Origin: Alphaproteobacteria bacterium
GTDB lineage: Bacteria; Pseudomonadota; Alphaproteobacteria; SHVW01
Assembly: GCA_016869645.1 (NCBI GenBank)
Contig: VGDO01000005.1
Coordinates: 6,885 to 70,884, forward strand
DNA length: 64,000 nt
Direction: 5' to 3'
Part shown: piece by piece, positions 63,998 to 64,000 of the stretch
Position numbering within the stretch: position 1 is the first letter of the stretch
How the letters are laid out: every line of letters starts with the position of its first letter
Made by a program: the position numbers and the translations under genes
The notes under the pieces: generated by a model
Databases searched by the model: none
What the model was told of the DNA's origin: nothing
What the model saw: only the letters and a program-made list of their open reading frames with translations

Positions 63998-64000
63998 TGA

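Overview
This is a high-GC (~65-68%) alphaproteobacterial chromosomal segment, plausibly Bradyrhizobiaceae-like, and it is clearly an accessory/catabolic region. Uptake systems dominate it: at least five peptide/opine-type (SBP family 5, Dpp/Opp-like) ABC transporter sets, a NitT/TauT-type ABC system, and two polar-amino-acid ABC systems. Scavenging and catabolic enzymes are interleaved with them: a TauD/TfdA dioxygenase, NIPSNAP, an LLM monooxygenase, an M19 dipeptidase, creatininase, an enolase-superfamily enzyme, DapA-family and PhyH-family proteins, a MetE-like protein, and two tandem PhtD-like decarboxylase paralogs. Regulators (LacI, GntR, a large hybrid histidine kinase with HPt), an Hsp20 gene and a YgiQ radical-SAM gene are also present.

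The features that stand out are:
- A ~1.4 kb low-GC islet (8206-9633) carrying a ParE/RelE-Phd/YefM toxin-antitoxin pair plus an orphan 192-aa protein of unknown family.
- A family-5 SBP gene (28470-30140) interrupted by a single in-frame TGA at a conserved Trp position.
- A repeat-rich convergent intergenic region (16053-16265) with tandem hairpins.
- A perfect 9-bp inverted repeat in the dipeptidase-operon leader (47030-47054), a candidate LacI operator.
- A heat-shock-type promoter with an SD-masking hairpin upstream of hsp20.
- A small standalone GIY-YIG nuclease gene whose promoter region carries an 8-bp inverted repeat.

Many of the long ORFs in the six-frame track are antisense or N-terminally over-extended artefacts of high GC. 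I re-called starts from signal peptides, RBSs and start/stop overlaps, and several starts sit 1 nt off my own position reading of the sequence lines, so treat starts as +/-1. No rRNA, tRNA, CRISPR array or transposase/integrase gene was found.
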